This document shows positions 25,178 through 35,101 of a stretch of 37,539 bases of DNA, piece by piece. The notes beneath the pieces are model-generated. The model searched no databases and was not told where the DNA came from. It saw only the letters and a list, made by a program, of their open reading frames with translations. The stretch is from a virus. Taxonomy: Duplodnaviria; Caudoviricetes. The stretch's first letter is position 1, and each line of letters opens with the position of its first letter. The translations under genes and the position numbers were made by a program. The stretch spans positions 1 to 37,539 of the IMG/VR virus record IMGVR_UViG_3300016476_001028, one strand, 5' to 3'.

Positions 25178-27040
25178 ATGGCGAAAGTGTATTCCGGGCA
25201 ATGGTGGGAAGAGAGAGGAGAGGACGCACACCAAAGCTTGCTCCGTGTGTTCCGTACCGTGCGCGACGCGAATCAATGGCGAATTGACGCGGACGAATAC
25301 CATGCAGGTCTTTACGCCGGAGGAGTGGCCTCACTCGGTCTGCGAGGCACTCCTGCAGGTGATTACACCTATGCGCCTTCGGTGCTCCCCTACAACATCG
25401 CGAGGTCAGCAACTGACACTCTTGTCGCGAAGATTGCGCAGCATCGCCCTCTTCCCCGCGTGCTTGTGTCAAGAGGCAACTGGGCGCAGCAGAAGCGAGC
25501 GCGCAAGCTTCAGCACTTCATCGAAGGCGAGTTTCACAATCAAAAGATCTTTGAATCCAAAGCGCGCACCATTGTGCGAGATGCGTGCATCTTTGGCCGT
25601 GGGGTTTTGGCCGTTTACAATGACGGCGAAAAGATCGTCACCGAACGGGTGTTGCCGACGGAGATCTTTTGGGATGAGTGGGACGCTCGTTATGGGATGC
25701 CGAAAACCGTCTACCATGTGCGGACGGCAGATCGAAATGCCCTGCGCGCTAGGTTTGAGCAAGAAAATGAAAGCGGAAAGCGGCTTTCGGAGGCGATCGA
25801 AGGGGCCAAGTGGCTCACGTCGGATTATCTGTCCACGGTGACAGTCAAAACGACCGTCGACCAAGTCGAGTTTGTTGAGGCGTACCGTTTGCCCACCGGG
25901 GATTCACCAGGCCGGCACATCGTGGCCACAAGCGCCGGAGTGCTCCTCGATGAGGAATGGGACATCGAAACGTTTCCGTATGTGATTCTGCACTATTCCG
26001 ACCCGTTGACGGGAATGCATGGACAAGGGCTGGTTGAACAGCTCGAGGGGTATCAGTACGAGATCAACGTGATGGCCCAAAAGGTCTCCGACTCGCACAA
26101 CCTGCTGGGCGGGGCCTGGGTGTTGGTGCCGCAAGGGTCGGACATTGTCGAAACGCACTTGCAGAACGGCATCGGTACGGTGATCCGCCACAAGCCAGGC
26201 ATGCCGCCGCAAGTGGTGCAGCCGAACCCGGTGCATCCGCAGACGTACCAGCGTTTGCGTGACTTGCCGGTCGACGCACTGAACGACGTTGGTATTTCGC
26301 AGATGTCAGCGCAGAGCAAAAAGCCGGCAGGCATCACCGCAGCGGTTGCGTTGCAGACGCTCGACGATATCGAAACGGAGCGCTTCATCCTTTTCGGAAG
26401 GGCCTATGAAGTTTGGTGCATTGAACTTGCTCGAAGGCTTATCGACTGCGCAAAACGCATCGCGGACGACTTCGGAGAGTACGCGGTAAGCGTCCCGATG
26501 AAGGGCGGCCTCCTCGATTTGTCTTGGGGCGACGTCGAGCTTGATGGGTTCCAGCTCCGAGCGTTCCCGACTTCGGTGCTCCCACAAGAGCCAGCCGCGC
26601 GCCTTGAGCGGCTTGAGCGGTTTTTCAATTCGCAGATCATCGACCGAGAAACGTTCATGCGTCTTCTCGACGTGCTTGACCTGCAAAGCGAGTTCGACCT
26701 CGCGCTGGCGCCCACAATGGCACTGGAGGAGCGACTTGAGAAGATGATGGAGGCGGAAGAGGACGACGACGAAGAAGCCGTTTACCTTGCCCCGTCTCCT
26801 TATATGCCTCTTCCATGGGGCGCGAAGCGTGCGCAGCAATATCTAGACAAGGGCGACATTGATGGCATGCCCGAGCACGTGAAAAGCCTTCTTCGCCGAT
26901 TTATCATTGATACCGAGGCGCTCATGCAAAAGATGCAAGCGCCTCCGCAAGTTGCGGCCGGTGGCAACCCCTCACCCTCCTCTGCTGCGGTGCCACCGGT
27001 CGCACCTATGCCGGGGAACCCCGTTGGAATGGTGGCATGA
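25178..27040 (+). CDS. Portal protein (620 aa)
   Basis: Follows terL; YNIARSATDTLVAKI, DACIFGRG, FPYV...GQGLVEQL..YQ.EIN motifs; Pro-rich tail; GAGG RBS. Confidence 0.85.
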   Translation: MAKVYSGQWWEERGEDAHQSLLRVFRTVRDANQWRIDADEYHAGLYAGGVASLGLRGTPAGDYTYAPSVLPYNIARSATDTLVAKIAQHRPLPRVLVSRGNWAQQKRARKLQHFIEGEFHNQKIFESKARTIVRDACIFGRGVLAVYNDGEKIVTERVLPTEIFWDEWDARYGMPKTVYHVRTADRNALRARFEQENESGKRLSEAIEGAKWLTSDYLSTVTVKTTVDQVEFVEAYRLPTGDSPGRHIVATSAGVLLDEEWDIETFPYVILHYSDPLTGMHGQGLVEQLEGYQYEINVMAQKVSDSHNLLGGAWVLVPQGSDIVETHLQNGIGTVIRHKPGMPPQVVQPNPVHPQTYQRLRDLPVDALNDVGISQMSAQSKKPAGITAAVALQTLDDIETERFILFGRAYEVWCIELARRLIDCAKRIADDFGEYAVSVPMKGGLLDLSWGDVELDGFQLRAFPTSVLPQEPAARLERLERFFNSQIIDRETFMRLLDVLDLQSEFDLALAPTMALEERLEKMMEAEEDDDEEAVYLAPSPYMPLPWGAKRAQQYLDKGDIDGMPEHVKSLLRRFIIDTEALMQKMQAPPQVAAGGNPSPSSAAVPPVAPMPGNPVGMVA

Positions 27041-27948
27041 GTAACGAAAACACGGTGGAATCAAGCGAACTCGGACTAGACGCGCGTGCGTCGCAATTGT
27101 TGGCAGACCTAACGAGCCAGGGAACCAGCGAGACCGCTCAGGAGGCGACAAACGGCCCCGAAGCTGTCCCCGCTGTCGAAGAAAGCCCCCCCGAACAATC
27201 CGCCGACGAGCAGCGCAAGGCGCGAATAGCAGCTAGGCAGGCGGCTTTGATTGCCATGCGCGACCAAGAGCGCGCAAAGGCCGCCGAAAGGGCGTCACGA
27301 CGCCAGCCGAAGCAAGAGCCCGCCAAAGACGACGCCCCCGCCCCCTTCGATGCAGCCTCGTTCTTCATCGAAGCAGAAAAGCGAGGCGTTACCCCTGAAG
27401 GGGTGGCCGCGTGGCTAAACCGCCATAACGACCCAACGCACGCCGCCGAGTTTGCAGCCAAAAAGCAGCTCACGCCTTTTGAGCAAAAGTTAGAAGAGCA
27501 GCGCAAAGAACTTGCGCAGCTGCGCGCGGAACTTGTCGCGGAGCGCGAGCAGCAAAGGTTGCAACAGCTCATTGAGCAAAACACCAAAGCACTGCACAAC
27601 AGTGTCGAGCAGTCGAAGGAAGCGGCCCCGCTCACGTTTGCATTGCTCAAAAAGCAGCCCGCGATGTTTCGCACGTTGTCGAATTCCATATGTGACGCGC
27701 TTCCAGATGGATTCACCGCTCAGGATGTGATTGACTACATGGAAGAAAACTTGCTCACTTTGCAGTTGGTTGAGCAAAACAGCCCAGCAAGCACCCAGCA
27801 AAAACCCAAAAGCGCCAAAGCAACGGCCCAAAACGTTGGCAATCGAATCGCCTCGGAGCGAGCGACAACGGTCGATCCGTCTGAAGAAGACGACGGGGAC
27901 CTAGAGACGCGCGCGGCGAGGCTCAAGGCGCGTCTGTCAAACCTCTAG
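27037..27948 (+). CDS. Capsid scaffolding protein (putative, 303 aa)
   Basis: Acidic and coiled-coil, with a short basic C-terminal helix; lies between portal and capsid. Confidence 0.7.
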   Translation: MSNENTVESSELGLDARASQLLADLTSQGTSETAQEATNGPEAVPAVEESPPEQSADEQRKARIAARQAALIAMRDQERAKAAERASRRQPKQEPAKDDAPAPFDAASFFIEAEKRGVTPEGVAAWLNRHNDPTHAAEFAAKKQLTPFEQKLEEQRKELAQLRAELVAEREQQRLQQLIEQNTKALHNSVEQSKEAAPLTFALLKKQPAMFRTLSNSICDALPDGFTAQDVIDYMEENLLTLQLVEQNSPASTQQKPKSAKATAQNVGNRIASERATTVDPSEEDDGDLETRAARLKARLSNL

Positions 27949-27970
27949 TTGACGCGCCGGAAAGGCGCTC

Positions 27971-29218
27971 ATGGGTGCTCCTGCCCGCTCTAGTGATTAC
28001 AATTTACTCCGCACACTCTGGCCACAAAAGTCTATCTACGAAATCCTCCTAAACCTTTCTCCGACGATCGGGATCATGCGAAAAGATCCGACGTTCTACG
28101 AGAAAGCCCGCGTGATTGGCGCTGGATACTCTAGCCCGCAAGGCATTGGATATTCGTTCCCCGACGCCAAAGAAGCAAAGACCGCATCTCAGTCTGTCGA
28201 GTTCACCATCACTCAGCGTTCGCTGTATGGTGCGTTCTCGCTCGAAGGCTTGCTGATGCGTCGAGCGGAAAGCGACAAAGCGATCATCGTTGACCCGATG
28301 AAGCGCGAGTCGAAGAACCTCGTGCATACCTGGATGCGGGAGATTTCCCGAACCATCCACGGCAACGGCGGCGGCGCGCTTGGCAAGGTGTCTGCTGTTT
28401 CAGGAACAGACGTCACCTTGACGGCTTACAGCGATTCCCGAGCCTTCGAGCGTAACATGATGGTGCAAAGCGCCCCGACCGACGGCCTTTCAGGCGTCGT
28501 GAACCCGGGCTTTTTCACCGTCGCTTCCGTGCAACGCGACGAAACCACGCCGAAGCTCATCGCAACCGGCGCAGTTTCGAGCGCGGTACCTGCGCTTGCC
28601 GTTGGCGATTCGCTGTTTCGCAGAGGCGGCTTTGGCAGTGCGATCCAAGGGTTTGACGCATGGAACCCGCTTTGGTCGAATGCCAGCCTCCCGGGCACAC
28701 TGAACGGCGCAAATCGTAACCTCGATCCTGTTCGTTTGGCCGGTATCTGCGTTGATGCGCGTACGCTTTCGCCGCGTCTTGCAGCCCTTCGCGCGGCTCG
28801 TTTGGTGCACGAGAACGGCGGAAAGCCGGACACCTACATCATCTCGACAGTCGACTACGAAAACCTAGCGAACGAACTGCAGTCTGTAGGGCTCCTCAAG
28901 CACGGCGTGGTTCCTTCGAGTGGGATTGGCAAATACGAGTTTGGCATCAAGTACGACGCGATCCAGATCATGGGCCCCGCCGGCTTGATCAATTGCGTTG
29001 CCGACCCGGACGCCCCGATCGGAATCGGCCGCATGCTTCAGAAGGACACTTGGGTCATCGCCTCGATGGGCGAGATGGTTCACTGGATGAACGGTGCAAA
29101 CCCGTCCGGTCAAGGCATGCTTGAAGACGCCGCAGACGCTGTCGAGTTCCGAATGGTCGGTGACTTGAACATGTACTGCGAAGCGCCAGGCTTTAACGCG
29201 CGAGTGCGCTTGTCATAA
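27971..29218 (+). CDS. Major capsid protein (415 aa)
   Basis: Position and size; HGNGGGALG, IQGF..W, GGKPD and terminal LNMYCEAPGFNARV pattern typical of HK97-fold podophage capsids. Confidence 0.8.
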   Translation: MGAPARSSDYNLLRTLWPQKSIYEILLNLSPTIGIMRKDPTFYEKARVIGAGYSSPQGIGYSFPDAKEAKTASQSVEFTITQRSLYGAFSLEGLLMRRAESDKAIIVDPMKRESKNLVHTWMREISRTIHGNGGGALGKVSAVSGTDVTLTAYSDSRAFERNMMVQSAPTDGLSGVVNPGFFTVASVQRDETTPKLIATGAVSSAVPALAVGDSLFRRGGFGSAIQGFDAWNPLWSNASLPGTLNGANRNLDPVRLAGICVDARTLSPRLAALRAARLVHENGGKPDTYIISTVDYENLANELQSVGLLKHGVVPSSGIGKYEFGIKYDAIQIMGPAGLINCVADPDAPIGIGRMLQKDTWVIASMGEMVHWMNGANPSGQGMLEDAADAVEFRMVGDLNMYCEAPGFNARVRLS

Positions 29219-29233
29219 GAAAGGACCAATACA

Positions 29234-29734
29234 ATGCCTACTGATCGCGAATATCTCAAGCAAGCGCAATCCGGGCACATCACGTCGATTGGTGCCGTCA
29301 ATCCAATTGGTGTGGTGGGCGAGGCTCACTCAGTCGAGCTCTACATTGACAAGGCGAGCGCGGACGCCACAGCGGCCACCACTACATCAGAAACCTTTTC
29401 GGGCGCATACGTGCCTCGCAAAGCGCTTTTGACGCAGGTTGTGTTTGTTCCGACGTCCGGCGGCTTGACTGCCAATGCCAGCAACTTCGGAACGGTCACC
29501 ATCAGCAAGCGAGACGCCGCAGGCGCCAATAAAACTTCGGTGGCCACGCTCACAACGACAGTTGCGAGTTCCGGCGACCTCACGCAAGGCGCAGCGAAAG
29601 CCCTTGTGCTAAGCAGCACGGCCGGCGCGCTCACTCTGTCGGCTGGCTCGTCGTTCACCTTCGAGATTGCCAAAACTGGCACCGGCGTTGTCGTCCCGGC
29701 TGGCAAGTTCATTGCGACCGTGGAGTATGTCTAA
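29234..29734 (+). CDS. Putative capsid decoration protein (166 aa)
   Basis: Strong AAAGGA RBS right after the capsid gene; Ala/Thr/Gly-rich, jelly-roll-like. Confidence 0.55.
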   Translation: MPTDREYLKQAQSGHITSIGAVNPIGVVGEAHSVELYIDKASADATAATTTSETFSGAYVPRKALLTQVVFVPTSGGLTANASNFGTVTISKRDAAGANKTSVATLTTTVASSGDLTQGAAKALVLSSTAGALTLSAGSSFTFEIAKTGTGVVVPAGKFIATVEYV

Positions 29735-30117
29735 TGGGTTACCCTCTTTTGAGCGGGGGTAAAACTCTGACCAATTGGGTAGAACTTCAAAAGTTCTACG
29801 CAAAACTCACCTTCGGTGCTTCGTCGGTTACGTCGGTGCAGACCAGAGATCTGGCGGTTTCGCGAGTTTCGGCTGGAAAGTATCAAGTAACGCTTCCGAC
29901 AACCTACCGCATGCTTTGCGACTTTTCGGCGACGTTGGTTGACCCCGTCGGCGCCGTAGTTTTCGCGGTGGTTCAGTCTGAAACCGTCGCGACCGATGGA
30001 AAGCTCGTGTTTGAGCTTCGAACCGAGGCAGGCACGGCAACAGACCCGGACAGCGGCTCTCAATTGCTGTTGTCTGTCACTGTATCCGATCACCCCATGA
30101 ATGACGCGACGGTGTAG
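29734..30117 (+). CDS. Putative virion structural protein (127 aa)
   Basis: GGAG RBS, TAATG coupling; VSRVSAGKYQVTLP beta-sandwich pattern. Confidence 0.6.
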   Translation: MGYPLLSGGKTLTNWVELQKFYAKLTFGASSVTSVQTRDLAVSRVSAGKYQVTLPTTYRMLCDFSATLVDPVGAVVFAVVQSETVATDGKLVFELRTEAGTATDPDSGSQLLLSVTVSDHPMNDATV

Positions 30118-30119
30118 CC

Positions 30120-30329
30120 ATGAAGCCGAAGGGCCTAGCGGCGATGCTAATCAGTCTGAAACCTTCGAAGTCCAAAGAGGTCGACTCGTCCAGTGAAACG
30201 GACAAGGCGATCGGGATGGTATTCGATGCTCTGCAGGACGGCGACAAGGAAGGCTTCATTAACGCTTTCAAGATGGCGCACGACTGCTGCAGCGGGGAAG
30301 AAGAACCGGAATACGAAGACGAGGAGTAG
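30120..30329 (+). CDS. Small acidic hypothetical protein (69 aa)
   Basis: Fills the gap in the head operon; acidic tail EEEPEYEDEE. Confidence 0.65.
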   Translation: MKPKGLAAMLISLKPSKSKEVDSSSETDKAIGMVFDALQDGDKEGFINAFKMAHDCCSGEEEPEYEDEE

Positions 30330-30334
30330 CTTGA

Positions 30335-31030
30335 ATGAGCCTGACGCGCACAATTGATCAGATGGTCGACGCAACGCGTCGGGCTGCAAACATTCAAGGC
30401 ACGACGGCGACGCAACGGCACACGGAGTCGGACCTTTTCGACTACGTAAACCGAGGCGTCGCCGCTTTAGATCGCATCCTAAAGCTCGTCGACAATGGCG
30501 AACGGTATTTGTCTTCCACTTCAATCACCACTGGCAACGGGCTGGAGCTCTATCCGTTGCCGGTGGACTTTCTCTCCCTTGTGTCGCTGAGCGGCATGAT
30601 TGACGGCCGCATGAGGTGGCTCACTGCGTACGCAGAGAACGAACGCCCGGCGCTCACTGATACAAATGCGGGTTGGACTGGAGAGCCGAACCGCTACCGA
30701 TTGCGTCAGGGCAACATTTCGCTTTTGCCAGTCCCGCGCGGCGAATACGCGCTCACGCTTTGGTATGCGCCCGCGCCTCCTACACTCACAAGCGGCCAGA
30801 CGTTCGACACCATCGCAAGGCTCGATGATTACATCGTCGCCTACGCGGCGCGCGAAGTCGCAAAGAAGGATGCGAATTGGGCTCTGCATGACCGGCTCTC
30901 CAGCGAGCTTGCGTCCTTCCGTGGGGAGATTGAGGCAATTGCCCGAAACCGTGACAAGAACAGCCCCGCGCGCATTGTGGACGTGCAACGCCGTGACCGC
31001 TTCGGCCGCTCGCGCTGGTGGCCCCGATGA
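30335..31030 (+). CDS. Head-tail adaptor (231 aa)
   Basis: TIDQMVDATRRAA...LFDYVN...YPLPVDF...ISLLPVP...DDYIVAYAA pattern typical of podophage adaptors. Confidence 0.75.
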   Translation: MSLTRTIDQMVDATRRAANIQGTTATQRHTESDLFDYVNRGVAALDRILKLVDNGERYLSSTSITTGNGLELYPLPVDFLSLVSLSGMIDGRMRWLTAYAENERPALTDTNAGWTGEPNRYRLRQGNISLLPVPRGEYALTLWYAPAPPTLTSGQTFDTIARLDDYIVAYAAREVAKKDANWALHDRLSSELASFRGEIEAIARNRDKNSPARIVDVQRRDRFGRSRWWPR

Positions 31031-31413
31031 GCGCAAACGTCAAAAAAGACGGCACCTCGACCACGGTAGACGCAAAGCGAAAGCCCATCGAGCAGATTAC
31101 AGAATCGCAGGTCACAGACGCAAAGCGGCTGGCGCAATTGCTTCAGGATGGTTTTGCGGCGTCGGCTGCAACGGCGGAACGGTTCGCGCCGAACCGCGTC
31201 GACTTTGAAGACCGCTCTGTAGACGCCAGCGGCACGCAGCCGCACTCTTTCACGCATCGCTTGGGCAAACGTGTCCGGTGGTGGGCGGTCGATTGGACGG
31301 GCACGGGAGGCGGCCCAGAACTGGCGCGCCACGACTCAACCACGAATGACACCCTGGTGCTGGTCTCGTACCGAGCTGGAACCGTTACCGTACGCGTTGA
31401 AGAGGCTGAGTAA
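31027..31413 (+). CDS. Putative tail structural protein (128 aa)
   Basis: ATGA overlap; FTHRLGK..RWW motif resembles H-x-LG beta-sandwich tail domains. Confidence 0.55.
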   Translation: MSANVKKDGTSTTVDAKRKPIEQITESQVTDAKRLAQLLQDGFAASAATAERFAPNRVDFEDRSVDASGTQPHSFTHRLGKRVRWWAVDWTGTGGGPELARHDSTTNDTLVLVSYRAGTVTVRVEEAE

Positions 31414-34400
31414 TGGCAAACCCTCCCCAATTGCAGCAAATGGCGTTCGCGGCCGGGATTGACCAATCCCAGCATGGCGAAGTGCTGGAGCCGTCTGCCG
31501 GCTTCGTAACGCTTGAGAACGTGCGCCAGGATAGGCGCGGAGGCGTGTCCAAGCGTTTGGGGTTCGAGGCCTTGCCGTTGACGCGAATGGGCAGCGCGCA
31601 GGGGCGCACGAGCGGCAAACGTGTGTTTGATGTGAACGGGATCGCGTGCGTGTTCGATGGGGAAAGCATCGATTCCTACAGCGAATCCCATAATACATTT
31701 GTGCAAACAGACACGGTGACTACCGTTGAAGCGTCCACGCGTGACATCGCCACCACTGGTGACTTGATCGACGACGTCATTGCGGTCAACGGGTATGTCA
31801 TTAGCTCCACTTACGTTGTTTCTGAGGTTTTGCGGGGCACGGTAGACGAAGGCATCCACCGCAACTTTCGCCTCGAAAACATGATCACAATTGAAACCGA
31901 AGGGGGCACCCTCATTCGAGGCAGAAACCCAGTATTTTCGATCTTTCGTCAAACGAATGACCCAGCGCAGCCAGGCCAGGCCGAAAAATTACAGCCCGAG
32001 CAACACTTGCAAAGGTCTCGGCTCGCCGCACACGGCACCTGGGTCTTTCTGTTTGTGACTGACCCAAGCGAAAAAAAGGTCCACGCCTTTAAGCTGAATA
32101 CTGAAACCCCACTTTCCGAATGGACAGCGCTCGAGAACCCAATTGCATCAACATATGTTTTTGGTGAAATCGGTGTAGCAAGCGGTTCCGACCGTGTGTG
32201 GGTTGCTTATACTAAGTTCAATAGCGCTGCGTCTGGCCCGTATTCATCCCCGCGCACTCAACTGGTTTCGTTTAGTGGGGTTCAAGGCGCTTTAGACAGC
32301 CGCGAGATTGACCTGCAAACTATAATCACGACCGCGTCAGGTGCGTCGACGTGGCGTGTACTCGGCGGGGCGTACGACATACAGCCTACTGGTCAACGGC
32401 TGCTGCTCGCCACTAAGGTAGTTGGCATTTCGGGGGCTGCAGGGAGTGGGCTTGTCTTTACTGGTTTTCCTGGTTTTGGGGCTACTTTGGGAGACGCAAG
32501 CTCGACGGGAACACCTGCGATTCACAAGTGGTATAGTAATCTAATAAACGAGCAGACGCAGAACATCTCAGGCGCGGCCCCAAGCGAGTTGGTGGATTCC
32601 GTATACGTTACCGAAGGCATAAACTCAGGCGCAGACCCTTATTCGTTTATTTTGACGGTAAACGGGTTCAATAGCGTCACATGTGTAAAGACTCAGGTCG
32701 CTCAATCCGGGGAGGTAACATGGCAAGATGCCGCTTTTTGCGTTGGTGCATGCGCAGCCTCAAAACCTGTCGCAGCGGAAGGAAAGTTCTTTATTCTTGC
32801 GACGCCTGGTGGTTGGTTTAGGTCGATCGACCTGTCTGGATTGAACACGATCCGTTCGGTGCTTTTGAACGGTTCGGAGTCTCTGCGCAACGTCGTGTTG
32901 TGCGACGCATCGCGTGTATGGGAGTCAAAGTGCCTGTTTCCGATAGCCAATGCTTCCCCGGAGCTTGTAACTTTTTCCGCTTACGGCCTATGGAGCTCAA
33001 ACCAATCAATACACGCAGCATACGGAGTCAAGCGTTCCGCCTCCTCCTTTTCAATTGAGATTCTGAGCGCGCGGCTTGCTCTCAAAGATGGGTTTCTGCC
33101 GTGCGAGCATAACGGAGTCACATACTTCACAGGCGGTATCGTCGCACAGTTTGACGGCTCAAAGTTATCAGAAGGCCCGTTTTTACACCGGCCCGTAAAG
33201 CCAGATGTGAAAGTTTCTGAGCTTGGCGAAGATATGGGGATGATAGGAGCCTTTCGATATGTTGTGACGTATGAAGCAACAGATGCGCTAGGGAACACGC
33301 AAACGAGTGCGGTCAGTGACCCTGTTTACATAAACAACACGAGCGGGAAACCGATAAAGATAACGGTCTACCCGGTGGCGATCTCTTCCAGGCTTGAGCG
33401 ATCAGGAAGAGAGCCAACGATCAAGATCAACGTGTGGCGCACTCCTGTAGGTGGAGAGCCCCCGTATCAATTGGTCCACACCTTCGAAAACACAACAATT
33501 GACCCTGACGCGTTTGTATTAGACAGCCAACTATACTACAGCGGAAACCGCCTGCTCTATGGGACGGGCTCACTACCTGGAACAAACGGAGCGGCACAAG
33601 ACCGAAGGGCGCCGCCTTACGCAACGGCGTTGGCGTCGTACAACGGAATGTTGATCGTCGCGAGCGGGCGTGATCTTTGGTACTCAGGCCAGGCAATCGA
33701 CGGCGAGGGTGTTTGGTTTAATCCGGCCTTTGTGGTGACGGTCCCTGACAACCAAAACATCACCGCGCTGGCAGTTCTAGAGTCGACGTTGTACGCTTTT
33801 ACGGCGCGTTCAGTGTACGCGGTTGCAGGCGATGCGCCCTCTGACAACGGGTTTTCGGGCGGTCTCGGCGTCCCGCGCCGCTTAGCGGCCGATGTCGGGT
33901 GCATTGATGCGCGCAGCGTCGTCGTTTGCACGCTGGGAATTTTCTTTCAATCCGCGCGAGGGATCGAACTTCTCAACCGCGGCGGCTCGGTGACGTTCAT
34001 CGGGCAGAATGTACAGGACACCATCGCCGCCTATCCGGTGATCACTTCGGCAACACTAGACGACTTCGCGGGGCTGGTACGATTTACCGCGCAATCAAAG
34101 GATGAAGCCACGGGCGTGCATCTGGTGTTTGACCTGACAACGAACCTTTGGCAGTCCGTCGACCGAGTGACGGGCAGTGTGCAGAATGCTCCCGCGTCTC
34201 ATGCATGCATGATTACCAAGGGAGGGCGGCGTCGGTTCGCGTGGCTTTCGGCAGATGGCACCTTGTATGCGGAAAAGTCCGCAGACGACGAGCGCGCATA
34301 TTTCGACGGAGTGTCGTGGGTGTCGATGGCGGCAGAGTTCGGCTGGACTAAGTTTGGTGGAATACAAGGACGGCATTTCCTAAACCGAGCGCTCTTGCTC

Positions 34401-34703
34401 GCAAAAAGAGAGACTAGCGCCAACGTCTGCACTTCTGTATTCTATGACTATTCGGACGAGCCAACGAGCATCGTGGTACGTTCTGCTAGCACCGTCGACC
34501 GCGTAAACTCCTCAATCAATAGAATCCAGCTCGATAACGTGTTCGCCAACGAATCGGCGGGCGTATCGGTCAAGCTTAGGATTGAAGACCGAATCGCGGC
34601 AGGCGGGTTTGTGGGCAACGGAAAAGGCTCGACTTGGCTGTCTGTGTCGTTTGAGGGCGTACCGGTAGAAGGTGCAACGCTACTGCCTGAGGGGGCGTCA
34701 TGA
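31413..34703 (+). CDS. Tail nozzle / tubular protein B-like (1096 aa)
   Basis: GIDQ...LENV...GGVSKRLG N-terminus, beta-propeller-like DVGCIDARSVV...GIFFQSARGI; follows the adaptor. Confidence 0.75.
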   Translation: MANPPQLQQMAFAAGIDQSQHGEVLEPSAGFVTLENVRQDRRGGVSKRLGFEALPLTRMGSAQGRTSGKRVFDVNGIACVFDGESIDSYSESHNTFVQTDTVTTVEASTRDIATTGDLIDDVIAVNGYVISSTYVVSEVLRGTVDEGIHRNFRLENMITIETEGGTLIRGRNPVFSIFRQTNDPAQPGQAEKLQPEQHLQRSRLAAHGTWVFLFVTDPSEKKVHAFKLNTETPLSEWTALENPIASTYVFGEIGVASGSDRVWVAYTKFNSAASGPYSSPRTQLVSFSGVQGALDSREIDLQTIITTASGASTWRVLGGAYDIQPTGQRLLLATKVVGISGAAGSGLVFTGFPGFGATLGDASSTGTPAIHKWYSNLINEQTQNISGAAPSELVDSVYVTEGINSGADPYSFILTVNGFNSVTCVKTQVAQSGEVTWQDAAFCVGACAASKPVAAEGKFFILATPGGWFRSIDLSGLNTIRSVLLNGSESLRNVVLCDASRVWESKCLFPIANASPELVTFSAYGLWSSNQSIHAAYGVKRSASSFSIEILSARLALKDGFLPCEHNGVTYFTGGIVAQFDGSKLSEGPFLHRPVKPDVKVSELGEDMGMIGAFRYVVTYEATDALGNTQTSAVSDPVYINNTSGKPIKITVYPVAISSRLERSGREPTIKINVWRTPVGGEPPYQLVHTFENTTIDPDAFVLDSQLYYSGNRLLYGTGSLPGTNGAAQDRRAPPYATALASYNGMLIVASGRDLWYSGQAIDGEGVWFNPAFVVTVPDNQNITALAVLESTLYAFTARSVYAVAGDAPSDNGFSGGLGVPRRLAADVGCIDARSVVVCTLGIFFQSARGIELLNRGGSVTFIGQNVQDTIAAYPVITSATLDDFAGLVRFTAQSKDEATGVHLVFDLTTNLWQSVDRVTGSVQNAPASHACMITKGGRRRFAWLSADGTLYAEKSADDERAYFDGVSWVSMAAEFGWTKFGGIQGRHFLNRALLLAKRETSANVCTSVFYDYSDEPTSIVVRSASTVDRVNSSINRIQLDNVFANESAGVSVKLRIEDRIAAGGFVGNGKGSTWLSVSFEGVPVEGATLLPEGAS

Positions 34704-35089
34704 TCGTGCGCAAGGTGTGGATACAAGACCAGGACACGGTGGACGCTTGGCGCGCTGCGTTCGGTCTTGCACCTATGCATTTCGATCTATTTGCTGGCGG
34801 CGATGGCTTTATGGCGGTTGGCTCTAGGCCATTGGCTGCGTGTTGGCTCTACACGACACGCAGCGGGATTGGAATGCTTGAAGGGCTGATCGCGGACCCA
34901 GCGGCCGAGCCGGCTGAAAAGAGCGCGGCGCTTGATGAGGTCGTCAAAGAAGCGAAAGCAACCGCAAAGTTAGACGGTTGCGTGATGTTGTTTGGCGTTT
35001 CCACGCTGCCGGCGGTTGTGGACCGAGCAAAGCGACACGGGTTCGAAATTATCAAGCAAAACGCGACAATGTTTGCGTGCAAATTGTAG
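34700..35089 (+). CDS. GNAT-like protein in the tail module (129 aa)
   Basis: AACWLY...GMLEGLIADP...AKRHGF; lies between nozzle and ejection genes, where many podophages carry an acetyltransferase-like gene. Confidence 0.55.
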   Translation: MIVRKVWIQDQDTVDAWRAAFGLAPMHFDLFAGGDGFMAVGSRPLAACWLYTTRSGIGMLEGLIADPAAEPAEKSAALDEVVKEAKATAKLDGCVMLFGVSTLPAVVDRAKRHGFEIIKQNATMFACKL

Positions 35090-35101
35090 GAGGGCAAGCA
35101 C

